From Oligoflexales bacterium (GTDB lineage Bacteria; Bdellovibrionota_B; Oligoflexia; Oligoflexales; JAPPIL01): 64,000 nucleotides of DNA. The stretch lies in contig OZ244057.1 of NCBI GenBank assembly GCA_965215515.1, forward strand, positions 2,082,472 through 2,146,471. Direction: 5' to 3'. The notes under the pieces were generated by a model, which was not told the origin of the DNA, made no database searches, and saw nothing but the letters and a program-made list of their open reading frames with translations. The position numbers and the translations under genes were made by a program. This document shows positions 1 to 9,208 of the stretch, in pieces; the first letter of the stretch is position 1, and each line of letters opens with the position of its first letter.

Positions 1-1
1 T

Positions 2-229
2 GCCCATCCCGACGTGCAGGAAGTGCGCGGCACTGGTCTATTGCTGGCGGTCGTTTTTCGCCACGCACGGCAAGGGGTGCAGGTTGCTCACCGTCTCGCC
101 ACACAGGGGGTTATTGCCGTTCCCGCAGGCGCACGCGGTGAGTGTTTAAGTATTACCCCCGCGCTCAACATTCCTGCCGACCTATTGTGGCAAGCGATAA
201 CGACACTGACAGAGGTGTGTGAGTATTAA
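2..229 (+). CDS. Class III aminotransferase, C-terminal end (5'-truncated by window)
   Basis: Frame open from window start; HPDVQEVRGTGLLLAV...LSITPALNI matches the VRGxGLL...lr.tPpL C-terminus of ArgD-like class III aminotransferases. Confidence 0.75.
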   Translation, partial: AHPDVQEVRGTGLLLAVVFRHARQGVQVAHRLATQGVIAVPAGARGECLSITPALNIPADLLWQAITTLTEVCEY

Positions 230-241
230 GTCAAGGAAGAG

Positions 242-266
242 GGCGGGGCTTGCCTCACACCCCGCC
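242..266. terminator. GC-rich hairpin between convergent genes
   Basis: ggcgggg-N11-ccccgcc perfect 7-bp stem between the aminotransferase stop (229) and the PBP stop (276). Confidence 0.5.
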
Positions 267-275
267 AACTTTGGT

Positions 276-2042
276 TTACAGTGGTACGGGTAATGAGAGG
301 TAGCGTTCTTGTCGAGAATCGTGCACTTGTAAGCTAACGAAAGCCATGTTCCTGTACGTGGAGGAGGGGATGTTGCCCTGAATCATATCGTGGAAAAGGT
401 GAGCGAACAGTTTGCTGGCTTGCCGTTGTCCTGCTGGCAAACGCATGCGACCGTACTCCGCTCCCAGCCAGATACCAGCACTGATGCGAGTGTTGTAGCC
501 GAGTACCCAGGCATTGTGTCGATCTGTGCTGTGTGTTGCATAGCTGCGTAGCTTACTGCCATGATGTTGTGCAAAGACACGCAGTGCTTCACCGACGATG
601 AAAGTTGCCTCGGCGGAAAATATTTGTGTTCCACGTGCCGATGTTGCGCTGAATAAGTTTTTGCCATCGCTGGCATCGATGCGCAAGACGTAGCGTGGCT
701 TGACTTGGTAACCGTGATTGGCAAACGCTGCGAAGGCTGCGGTCATCTGCTCTAGGGTAAAGTTGAGTGTAGGTATGGCAGGATCAAGTTCGATTGCGAA
801 AGGGGAGAGCATTTTATGCAACGAGCCCGCACCTACCTGCATCAGCAGTGCACCTACATCGACCTGTTGCGGTTGTAGGAAGGCACTATACAGGGTTGCG
901 AACGCAGGGTTGATGTCGTTGCTATCGTGTTGTGTTGCCGAGCCGTGGCTGAGTGCAGCAAGGATGAAGGGTAGTAGCAAGTGTTGCGCTTGTCGTCTCG
1001 TTTGCAGAGCGCGGTTGAACTGGGTATCGTGATAGGCCGAGCCACCCTGCACTGCGAGCACGTCACCATCGCGGGCGTGCAGGATGAAGAAAGCCGCTTG
1101 CAGTTCTTTGCCTTGTTTGCGGCGTAAGGCGGTAACGTGTTGACGAAAACGGCTGGCGGTGCGGCGTTGCAGTTTGCTGTCGAGGGCGGTGTGAATTTGG
1201 TAGCCGCGGTGGTTGAGTTCGTGCAGGCTGTACTTACGATGCAGTAGTTTGCGTACCGCGGCGTTGAAATATGGTGCGTGCGAGGTAAACTTTGGTGCGT
1301 GTGGGTAGACCTTTACGGTGGTTTTGCGCACGGTCTCGTAGTGCTGAGCTGAGATAATGTTGTCTGCCAGCATACGTTGCAGGACAAGTTGACTACGTTG
1401 TCGTGCCGCGGGGTAGTTGCGATGCGGGGCGAGGGCGCTCGGTGCTTTGGGTAGTGCTGCTAGTAAGGCAGCTTCGGGAAGGTTAAGTGCTCGGCTTGAT
1501 TTGCGAAAATAAATGCGACTGGCGGCTTCGACTCCATGTGCGCCGTTACCGAGATAGATGCTGTTTAAGTAGTAGGCAAGAATTTTTGTTTTGGGATATT
1601 TTTTTTCCAGCACTGCGGCAATCTGTGCCTCGCGGCTTTTGCGCAGCCAGGTTTTTTGGCGATTGAGAAACAGTATGCGTGCTAATTGCTGTGTGATGGT
1701 GCTTCCGCCCTGCTTGATCCTGCGTGTTCTGATGTTTGTCCACAGAGCACGCAGTGTCGCAAAATAATCTATGCCGCGGTGTGTAAAAAAATCTTTGTCT
1801 TCCGTGCTCAAGAATGCCTCTACCAAATAACGCGGCATTTCTTGCAGAGGCACGAAGTATCTTTTCTCTTGGGCAAATTCGCCGATCTTGATGCCGTGGC
1901 GGTCGTAAACTTCACTAGCAAGTGGTAGTTGGTTGCGCTCCAGTACAATTTGTGCAGGCACAACCGTCTCGATTTGCAGCAGTGAGTAGTATAGTGCAAA
2001 AACTGCGGGGATTGGTAATGTAATTTTTAGCAGTAGTTTCAT
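276..2042 (-). CDS. Class A penicillin-binding protein-like: intact transglycosylase, degenerate transpeptidase
   Basis: GT51 motifs EDKDFFTHRGID, GGSTITQQL, RKSRE, YLNSIYLG are present. The SxxK position reads RQAQHLLLPF, and no SxN or KTG is seen. Start taken at MKLLLKIT (2042). Confidence 0.85.
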   Translation of the reverse strand: MKLLLKITLPIPAVFALYYSLLQIETVVPAQIVLERNQLPLASEVYDRHGIKIGEFAQEKRYFVPLQEMPRYLVEAFLSTEDKDFFTHRGIDYFATLRALWTNIRTRRIKQGGSTITQQLARILFLNRQKTWLRKSREAQIAAVLEKKYPKTKILAYYLNSIYLGNGAHGVEAASRIYFRKSSRALNLPEAALLAALPKAPSALAPHRNYPAARQRSQLVLQRMLADNIISAQHYETVRKTTVKVYPHAPKFTSHAPYFNAAVRKLLHRKYSLHELNHRGYQIHTALDSKLQRRTASRFRQHVTALRRKQGKELQAAFFILHARDGDVLAVQGGSAYHDTQFNRALQTRRQAQHLLLPFILAALSHGSATQHDSNDINPAFATLYSAFLQPQQVDVGALLMQVGAGSLHKMLSPFAIELDPAIPTLNFTLEQMTAAFAAFANHGYQVKPRYVLRIDASDGKNLFSATSARGTQIFSAEATFIVGEALRVFAQHHGSKLRSYATHSTDRHNAWVLGYNTRISAGIWLGAEYGRMRLPAGQRQASKLFAHLFHDMIQGNIPSSTYRNMAFVSLQVHDSRQERYLSLPVPL

Positions 2043-2178
2043 GGGCGAACACGAGCAGTGGGAGGAAAGGCATCCTTCTAATAATAATTTTCGCACTATC
2101 TATATCGCTGTGCAATGCTACTTATTTTCCTCTCCCTTGCAACGTATTTCGTCATGTGTTAGCTTCGCTTCCCGCTAA

Positions 2179-2262
2179 GCTGCGGTGGCGGAATTGGTAG
2201 ACGCGGAGGGCTCAAAATCCTCTGGCAGCGATGCCGTGTGAGTTCGATTCTCACCCGCAGCA
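2179..2262 (+). tRNA. tRNA-Leu (anticodon CAA)
   Basis: Acceptor stem gctgcgg/ccgcagc, D-loop ggcggaattggtagacgc, anticodon arm gaggg-ctCAAaa-tcctc, long variable arm, T-loop gttcgatt. CCA is not encoded. Confidence 0.95.
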
Positions 2263-2278
2263 TGTTTTCCGCCTTACA

Positions 2279-3055
2279 TCAGGCCGAGGGTTTTTTCTTT
2301 TCGAGTGTTGTGAGCACGATGATGGACAGTTCGTACATGCCGTAGACTGGCAGGGCGAGGCCGACTTGGGAAATCGGGTCGGGTGGGGTGAGCAGTGCTG
2401 CGAGTACGACGATGCCGACGAGCACGAGTTTGCGGTGGGAACGCAGTGCCTGGCTGTCGGTAAGGCCGATAATGCCGAGTAGTACAAGAATGAGGGGGGT
2501 TTCGAAGATGAGGGCGAATGCGAAGATGAGGACGACGAGCAGCGAGATGTAATCGGCTACTGTGATGATGGGTGTACCGACTTTGAGGCCTATGGTGATG
2601 AGAAAATCGAGTGCCAGAGGCAGGATAGCGTAAAAACAGAATATAATACCGAGCAGGAACAGCGCGATCGAGCTGATCATGAAGGGAAAGACGTAGCGGC
2701 GTTCCTCGGGTAGCAGGCCTGGGGTGAGAAAACGCCAGAAGTGGAACAGCCACACGGGGCAGGCGCAGACGAGGGCGGCGAGGAATGCGACCTTGAGGTT
2801 GGCGAGGAACACTTCGAGTGGCGAGGTGAAGTGCAGGGCGTTGCTTGTTGCGGGTAGCGCTCGTGCGAGCGGGGCACGCAGAAAGGCCAGCAGTTGTTCG
2901 GAGAACAGCAGGAACAGTATAAACAGCGCAAGCACGGCGATGCACGAGGTGATGAGACGGGTGCGCAGTTCGGCAAGGTGGTCAAACAGCGGCATGATTT
3001 TTTCACTGCGATCGTCGTTGTTGGTGGAGGTAGGTAGGTTTTTGTTGTCGGTCAC
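2279..3055 (-). CDS. tatC: Twin-arginine translocase subunit TatC
   Basis: MPLFDHLAELRTRL, FTSPLEVF, FETP and LTPPDPISQ motifs; six TM segments. Confidence 0.95.
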   Translation of the reverse strand: MTDNKNLPTSTNNDDRSEKIMPLFDHLAELRTRLITSCIAVLALFILFLLFSEQLLAFLRAPLARALPATSNALHFTSPLEVFLANLKVAFLAALVCACPVWLFHFWRFLTPGLLPEERRYVFPFMISSIALFLLGIIFCFYAILPLALDFLITIGLKVGTPIITVADYISLLVVLIFAFALIFETPLILVLLGIIGLTDSQALRSHRKLVLVGIVVLAALLTPPDPISQVGLALPVYGMYELSIIVLTTLEKKKPSA

Positions 3056-3160
3056 GCTGATATTCTCCTCTGTCGTAGGGTATTATAGCAGGAATGTTTG
3101 CTAAATGTCTTTGTTTCTGGTAGCATGCCGCCTGTTTTTATTGATGGCGAGGGGTGTTGG

Positions 3161-4444
3161 GTGGAATTTGCAGAGTTGAGTGCAGGCGATCATAGGCTCA
3201 AGCTGCCGATCATGGAAGGGTCGGAGCGGGAGCGGGCGGTGGACATCAGGGAGTTGCGGGAGAAGACAGGTCTGATTACGCTTGATTCTGGTTATGGCAA
3301 CACGGGTGCTTGTCAGAGCTCCATCACTTACATCGATGGCGAGAAAGGTGTTCTCAACTATCGTGGCTACTCGATTGAGGATTTGGCTAACGGTGCGACT
3401 TTCGTTGAGGCTAGTTACTTATTGATTTATGGGCATTTGCCGACGGAAGTGGAGCTGGCTGATTTTCGTAGGTTGTTGATTCGCAACTCGTTGTTGCACG
3501 AGGACATGTTGCATTTCTATGATGGTTATCCCTCGACTGCGCATCCGATGGCAATTCTGTCGTCGATGATTTGCTCGCTTTCAAGTTATTATCCTGATTC
3601 GCTTGATCCGCAAGACCATGAGCAGGTTGAACGCCTCATCCCGCGGGTGCTATCTAAAATCAGAACTATCGCCGCGTTCGCCTACAAGAAGTCCATTGGG
3701 CAACCCGTAATTTATCCTGATAACAACCTCGACTACTGTTCTAACTTTTTGCACATGATGTTCGCGGTGCCTTCGGAAAAATACCTCATTGATCCTGACA
3801 TTGTAAGAGCTTTGAACATCTTGTTGATCCTGCATGCCGATCATGAGCAGAACTGCTCGACTTCAACCGTGCGGTTGGTGGGGTCAAGTGATGCTAATCT
3901 GTTCGCTTCGATTGCCGCGGGTATTTGCGCCTTGTGGGGGCCGAAGCACGGCGGGGCGAACCAAAAGGTAGTCGAGATGTTGCAGAGAATCGCCGACGAG
4001 GGCTTGGATGTCAAGGAAGTCGTGCGTATGGCAAAGGACAAAAGCAGTTCTTTCCGTTTGATGGGATTTGGGCATCGTGTCTACCGCAACTACGATCCGA
4101 GGGCACGAGTCATCAAGGAAGTATCGGATAAGTTGCTGGCCAAGCTCAATCGTTCCGACCCACTGCTTGACATCGCCAAAGAATTGGAGGAGCATGCCTT
4201 GAATGATGATTACTTCATCGAGCGCAAGCTCTACCCGAATGTTGATTTTTATTCGGGGATCACCTACCGTGCCATCGGTATTCCCCTCGATATGTTTACG
4301 GTGATGTTTGCCATTGGCAGAACCCCAGGCTGGATTGCTCACTGGAGAGAGATGCATCTTGAAGGTGACGGTCGTATTGGCAGACCGCGGCAGATTTACA
4401 CAGGGGAACGTAAGCGTGCCTTCACGGCGATTGCACAACGCTGA
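3161..4444 (+). CDS. gltA: Citrate synthase (type II)
   Basis: DSGYGNTGAC..SITYIDG, LHADHEQNCST, GPKHGGAN, GFGHRVY and YPNVDFYSG. The ORF is open from 3098; a GTG start at 3161 is preferred (gagggg RBS 6 nt upstream). Confidence 0.95.
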   Translation: MEFAELSAGDHRLKLPIMEGSERERAVDIRELREKTGLITLDSGYGNTGACQSSITYIDGEKGVLNYRGYSIEDLANGATFVEASYLLIYGHLPTEVELADFRRLLIRNSLLHEDMLHFYDGYPSTAHPMAILSSMICSLSSYYPDSLDPQDHEQVERLIPRVLSKIRTIAAFAYKKSIGQPVIYPDNNLDYCSNFLHMMFAVPSEKYLIDPDIVRALNILLILHADHEQNCSTSTVRLVGSSDANLFASIAAGICALWGPKHGGANQKVVEMLQRIADEGLDVKEVVRMAKDKSSSFRLMGFGHRVYRNYDPRARVIKEVSDKLLAKLNRSDPLLDIAKELEEHALNDDYFIERKLYPNVDFYSGITYRAIGIPLDMFTVMFAIGRTPGWIAHWREMHLEGDGRIGRPRQIYTGERKRAFTAIAQR

Positions 4445-4628
4445 AGGCAGGACAGTGACTGTGTGAGACTTTGTCGCTTTCTTCGACAATTCGCGCTGGC
4501 AACTCGTTGCTGTGCGAGTGTTTGTGTGTTGCTTTCTTGCTTCATGGATATGATAGAGGGGCGTATGCACAGGGGTTGTTATCGCTGTGTGTATGTGCCA
4601 TAGTGGTGGTACTGAGTTGGGGGAGATA

Positions 4629-5474
4629 ATGTCGGAGGGAGGCGATAGGGTGAGCGAGGGCGATAAGGGTGGTCGCGTGCCTACTGTGGCTGAGATAACG
4701 CAGCGTCTCGATCGTGTTGCTGCGCAGCAGGAGAAGACCGAGGCGCAGGTGGCTGAGAATTCTGTTGCACTGAAGGAGCTGATCGAGCAAAGCAAGCAGA
4801 ATGATAAAAAAACCAATGAGAAGATCGACAAGCTGGCTGAAAAAACCGACAGACAGATCGCAAAGACCAATGAGAAGATCGACAAGCTGGCTGAAAAAAC
4901 CGACAGACAGATCGCAAAGACCAATGAGAAGATCGACAAGCTGGCCGAAAAGACCAACGAAAAAATCGATAAGCTGGCCGAAAAGACCGACAGGCAAATC
5001 GCAAAGACAGAAAAGCTGGTGGGGAGATTGGCGAAGCAGATCGGGGGTGTGGACAAAATTTTCGGTGATATGGCGGAATACGTGTCTTTCACCAACTTGG
5101 AGCGGCTACTCCACGAGCAGGCTGGCATTGTCATCAAGGGTGTGACCAAGCGTTGGAGAATGACTCACGAGGGGCGTAGTTATGAGTTCGACTTGATAGC
5201 ACTTGGCACGGGTGTGGTGGTGGCGATTGAGGTCAAGACCACCCTACGTAGCGAGAACATCGACAGATTTTCCTCTTCTATGCTGGAGTTTCCTGCGATT
5301 TTTCCTGAATATAGGCGCAGCGACATCTACGGCGGCTTTGCCTACATGAAGGCTCAAGATGGTGCAGAGGACAGAGCGCACAAGCATGGCATACTGACTA
5401 TCCGTGCCATCGGCGGGTCGGCTTCGCAGTTAGTCGGCTTCGACGCGGATGCTCTGCGGAACTTCAAACACTGA
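4629..5474 (+). CDS. Coiled-coil repeat + PD-(D/E)XK nuclease-like protein (DUF3782-like)
   Basis: N-terminal coiled coil, then IGGVDKIFGDMAE and YEFDLIA...IEVKTTL (D...ExK). ATG 4629 follows ggggag. Confidence 0.75.
   Translation: MSEGGDRVSEGDKGGRVPTVAEITQRLDRVAAQQEKTEAQVAENSVALKELIEQSKQNDKKTNEKIDKLAEKTDRQIAKTNEKIDKLAEKTDRQIAKTNEKIDKLAEKTNEKIDKLAEKTDRQIAKTEKLVGRLAKQIGGVDKIFGDMAEYVSFTNLERLLHEQAGIVIKGVTKRWRMTHEGRSYEFDLIALGTGVVVAIEVKTTLRSENIDRFSSSMLEFPAIFPEYRRSDIYGGFAYMKAQDGAEDRAHKHGILTIRAIGGSASQLVGFDADALRNFKH
4812..5006 (+). repeat. Intragenic 54-bp (18-aa) tandem repeat with 33/21-bp submodules
   Basis: accaatgagaagatcgacaagctggctgaaaaaaccgacagacagatcgcaaag at 4812 and 4866; a 33-bp partial at 4920 is followed by a synonymous-variant copy. 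Confidence 0.95.
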
Positions 5475-5824
5475 ATCGCTCATCCTCTACTACATCAGCC
5501 ATAACTTTCTGGAGCAACTCCCTTATGCGTCGAAGCAGTCCTCCTCCAACATGTGCAAAAAATGAGCAGTGGGCAATATAGGGGTCTTTGACCGTCCATA
5601 AAACCCCCCCGAAATGCACACAATCCCTTTTTACCAACACCTATAGATGTTATGCACAGGTATTCATTTAACTAATGTTTTGTGAACGGCAATCTCATCT
5701 GTAGGGGGTGTAATAGCGGGAAATAGAGCTTTTGCGCGCTCTTGCATATTAATCAACGACAGCAGAAATAATGCTGCTGTTGATTAGACTACATAGCAGC
5801 AGCAAAATTACTGATGTTGTTTTT

Positions 5825-6067
5825 TTAAAGAAAAGACAGTCCCCGTATGGGGGCAGCAGTTGGAGCAGATTTTTTCATATTGCAAAGAAGTAGGTGGTAG
5901 GCTTGTGCCCCATCGTCTCTTTCGATCGGCACAGCTCCTAAAGTAAACTTGCCGTCACTGATTGCATGCAACCTCGCTGCTGGTTTCCTGGACATGACTA
6001 TGCAAGCAGTGTGTGCCATCACCATAAGCACGAGCATACCTGATAAGACTAAAGCCGGCCGTCCCAT
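5825..6067 (-). pseudogene. Short or truncated lipoprotein resembling the N-terminus of the 47.6-50.7 kb family
   Basis: Lipobox-like HTAC; AISDGKFTLG...YHLLLC aligns with AVHDGRRALG...YEFKLC. Stops after 80 aa. Confidence 0.45.
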
Positions 6068-6348
6068 AGCTACTCCTAGTTGTTTCTGCTCGATACCGAG
6101 CCGTTTACCCTGTCGATTCCATCGGCGTTTTTTTTTTCACTTTAGTTACAAAGAAAAAACATAATTCTCAGCCACCTGCGCCTCGGTCTTCTCCTGCTGC
6201 GCAGTGCTAAAACAAAGCAAAATTTTCCGCATGGCATGATCGGATGTCCGTTTTTTAGGAGGACACTTCTTACAGAGGCTTTGACAGGAGATCGTTGAAG
6301 GTGCTACAATCTAGTTGGGATGGATGTAAAAATCGAGGGGTAACAAAA

Positions 6349-7593
6349 ATGCGTTTTGTGCTAGCACTCGTCTGCCTCGTCTTGGCGTTAGGATGTGATA
6401 TGGCGGATAAGAAACAATCCGCACAAGAATACAACCCTCCGTCTTTCATGGTGGAGATGTTTGACTATGTCAATAAAAGTACTCCTGATAATACTACTGA
6501 CGAACACGGACTGACCAGCTACGCGGTTAGTGACCCTCCTTGTGAGGCCGAGATGACCGCGTATAACGACGCGACCGAAGCAACACAAGTAGAGTTTCAC
6601 GTCTGTATGACTAACATTAATGAAGAACACAAACAGTGCGAGACAGCAGAAGACGGCACAATTCACTTGCATAGCGAATTAGCGTTAATGATGACTAGAC
6701 ACAGCCATACCCAAGCACTATTTAGAAACTGCCTTATGCAAGAAGACAAGGACTATTATAATTTTTCCATTGTCACAAATGATGAGGAAAAAACAAGCTA
6801 CCGCGGTGGCAGTATAGGTGACCCACTGCTCGACAACACTCGTTTTATCGGTTGGCGCGAATACAAAAACGATAACGGTGTAATCGACAGAACAGACGGC
6901 GAAGCAGACATCGTGGACGGCGAGATGATCATGCTTCATCTACAAAAAGAAGATAAGCACAGAACACAGAATCGCATCGATCTCACTAAGCGCAATGCCC
7001 TGCGCCAAATATCTACCCTCGGATGGACACATAATCCAGGTGAGAATGGCGGATATGAGCTTCATGTAGCACATAATGCCCATATGGTTGAATTCGATGA
7101 CGGCAACAACAAAGAACAACTGCTCAGTCTGCGCTATTACGGCGGCCATATCGCGGAGACAACAATAGCCACTGACGGTACTGAGAACGAACAACCATCA
7201 AGCAAAGTATGGTTAGTACTAGCACACATGAAAGCTAGTGGAGCAACAATACTAACAGCAGTGTGCCAAATCAAAGATGAAGAAGACTACAATAAGGACT
7301 GCTCAGCAGATGTGCTCGATGGAGATTTCAGATTGCACTACGTCGATGCCGACGGCAACGAGCAAGAGAATGATAACCCAAACTTACCACCTGCTGGTTT
7401 CGATAGCTTCAAGCAAACAGTTGCTGATTTTGTCACCAATGAACAGATGAGCTGGGCACACGGTGACTATGATAAAGAGAAACTCGATCCCCGTCGTGTG
7501 CTCTTCGAAGGAAGTCAAAACGACGATCTAGACACCAAACGCGAAGCAGTCTTCACCAACGGTTTGCCAGAAGATGGCGACAGCAACACCTAA
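6349..7593 (+). CDS. Hypothetical acidic lipoprotein
   Basis: MRFVLALVCLVLALGC lipobox with gagggg RBS; 414-aa D/E-rich ORF; no family recognised. Confidence 0.75.
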   Translation: MRFVLALVCLVLALGCDMADKKQSAQEYNPPSFMVEMFDYVNKSTPDNTTDEHGLTSYAVSDPPCEAEMTAYNDATEATQVEFHVCMTNINEEHKQCETAEDGTIHLHSELALMMTRHSHTQALFRNCLMQEDKDYYNFSIVTNDEEKTSYRGGSIGDPLLDNTRFIGWREYKNDNGVIDRTDGEADIVDGEMIMLHLQKEDKHRTQNRIDLTKRNALRQISTLGWTHNPGENGGYELHVAHNAHMVEFDDGNNKEQLLSLRYYGGHIAETTIATDGTENEQPSSKVWLVLAHMKASGATILTAVCQIKDEEDYNKDCSADVLDGDFRLHYVDADGNEQENDNPNLPPAGFDSFKQTVADFVTNEQMSWAHGDYDKEKLDPRRVLFEGSQNDDLDTKREAVFTNGLPEDGDSNT

Positions 7594-7658
7594 ACAAAGC
7601 TAAAAAAGGGCGTGCCATCGTCACCCCTTACCGTCGTATCAACCACAGCTCACACCAT

Positions 7659-8372
7659 CTACAAGGTCAGCCCGACTTTTGTTGGGGGAACCGAGCTGTC
7701 ATCTTCTGCTGGAGAGACTTCTTGCTGCTCGCTCTCTTGGCCTGAAGATGAGGCTGTGTGTTCGTTATTGTTCTTGCGCAACGTAATTGGTGCTACAGAT
7801 GTGCGTTCTTCATTCGCAAATTCCTCCCCTTCCACTCCTTCTACGGGAGTAGCCACATGTTGAGCGACATCCTGAACTTTAGTCTCTTCGGTAACACCTT
7901 CCTCCTGTGGCAAAACAACATCCTGAACATCATCATAAAGCTGCGCAGCTGCCGCAGTGTTGGTTAACGAACCATCTATACCATCAGCTTCAGAACGTTG
8001 CGCTGACTGCATACCCTCAAATGCACCAAAAACTTTATTCTCTAAACGCTTGATACGTCTATTGACAGGGAACAAAGAAGTCTCAACAACATCATGAATC
8101 ATACGCTCATACCCACCGCTAGGTTTAAGAGCTGCATCGATGATACGCGTCTTCGCTTCAGCTTCACTATTGCTGTTGCTGGAACGTTCGACACCACTCA
8201 GCAAGGCACGTACCTTGACCGCGACCGCCACCGCAACTACTACAACCGCCAGTATCAACAAGGTAATAACTACAGACTTCACGAAATGCGTAGACTCAAT
8301 ACCAATAATGCCCGCAACAGTGACAACAATCCTATCTAGCCATAAAGGTATCTCCACCAATTCCCTCACCAC
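7659..8372 (-). CDS. Hypothetical membrane-anchored protein with acidic low-complexity tail
   Basis: 237-aa ORF with a hydrophobic V/I/A segment followed by an E/S/Q-rich C-terminus. Confidence 0.55.
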   Translation of the reverse strand: MVRELVEIPLWLDRIVVTVAGIIGIESTHFVKSVVITLLILAVVVVAVAVAVKVRALLSGVERSSNSNSEAEAKTRIIDAALKPSGGYERMIHDVVETSLFPVNRRIKRLENKVFGAFEGMQSAQRSEADGIDGSLTNTAAAAQLYDDVQDVVLPQEEGVTEETKVQDVAQHVATPVEGVEGEEFANEERTSVAPITLRKNNNEHTASSSGQESEQQEVSPAEDDSSVPPTKVGLTL

Positions 8373-8545
8373 ACTAGACTACCTAGCGTGACCTTTCCCA
8401 AAATTAACCACACACCCGCGTATCGCCAAACTATACACATTACCTTAGCATACACAGATAATAACAGTATCTTAAGTAAGCTATCTCACCACGAGAGTGT
8501 AGGGATAACTTGCTCCGTCCGCAGAAATTGACAAGAGGAAGGGAG

Positions 8546-9181
8546 CTAAGCCCTAGTAATGAGAAAAACCCCGTCCCGAATGTTAACAAGAACTTTGCGC
8601 ACATCCTGACGTGCTGCGATGTAGCCATTAAACTCCGCCATCGCCCGTACTCCTTCGCTTGCCGTATCGTTGTGCAATACCGCACCATCCATAAAGGTAT
8701 TATCTACCGCAATAACGCCATGCTCACTGAGCAACTTCAACGCACCCGTGAAATAAACCTTGACATTCTCCTTGTCGGCATCGATGAAAACTAAATCAAA
8801 CTCACCTGCCAACTCCCCCAACACCTCCAGCGCAGGCTTGACTACCGCCGTAATCTTCTTGCTCGCCGCACTCCTATCCCAAAAAGACCGCGCTAACCGC
8901 GTCGTCTCGGCATCGATATCAACCGTTACCAGCTCGCCATCCGCAGGTAAAACCTCCGCCATCGCTAACGCCGAATACCCCGTGAACGTGCCAATCTCCA
9001 ATACCCGCCGTGCCCGCGTTATCATGATCAAAAACTGCAAGAAACTCGCCTGCCAAGAACCGATAAGCATACGTGCCAACTCAAAATTCTGCTGCGTATG
9101 CCTAGCAACCTCCTCGCACAAAAGCGAAGGTGAAGAACTGTGCGCCTCACAATATTTCTCTAACTCGCCATGCTTGTACAT
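8546..9181 (-). CDS. SAM-dependent O-methyltransferase (caffeoyl-CoA OMT family)
   Basis: VLEIGTFTGYSAL, FDLVFIDADK, VDNTF and IRDGV motifs. Confidence 0.92.
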   Translation of the reverse strand: MYKHGELEKYCEAHSSSPSLLCEEVARHTQQNFELARMLIGSWQASFLQFLIMITRARRVLEIGTFTGYSALAMAEVLPADGELVTVDIDAETTRLARSFWDRSAASKKITAVVKPALEVLGELAGEFDLVFIDADKENVKVYFTGALKLLSEHGVIAVDNTFMDGAVLHNDTASEGVRAMAEFNGYIAARQDVRKVLVNIRDGVFLITRA

Positions 9182-9208
9182 ACGTGCACCCCAAAGATCG
9201 CCTGCCCC

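Noticed and set aside
2179-2262. tRNA-Leu as an island or prophage attachment site
   Set aside because: No duplicated tRNA 3' end or integrase was seen; the flanks are housekeeping genes.
3884-5149. 421-aa minus-strand ORF and similar antisense ORFs over the GIEQ and 54-bp repeats
   Set aside because: Shadow frames of real genes with repeat-derived low complexity.
5650-5658. DnaA-box-like ttatgcaca in a long intergenic region as oriC
   Set aside because: Only one box seen, with no cluster, no DUE repeats and no dnaA/gidA context.
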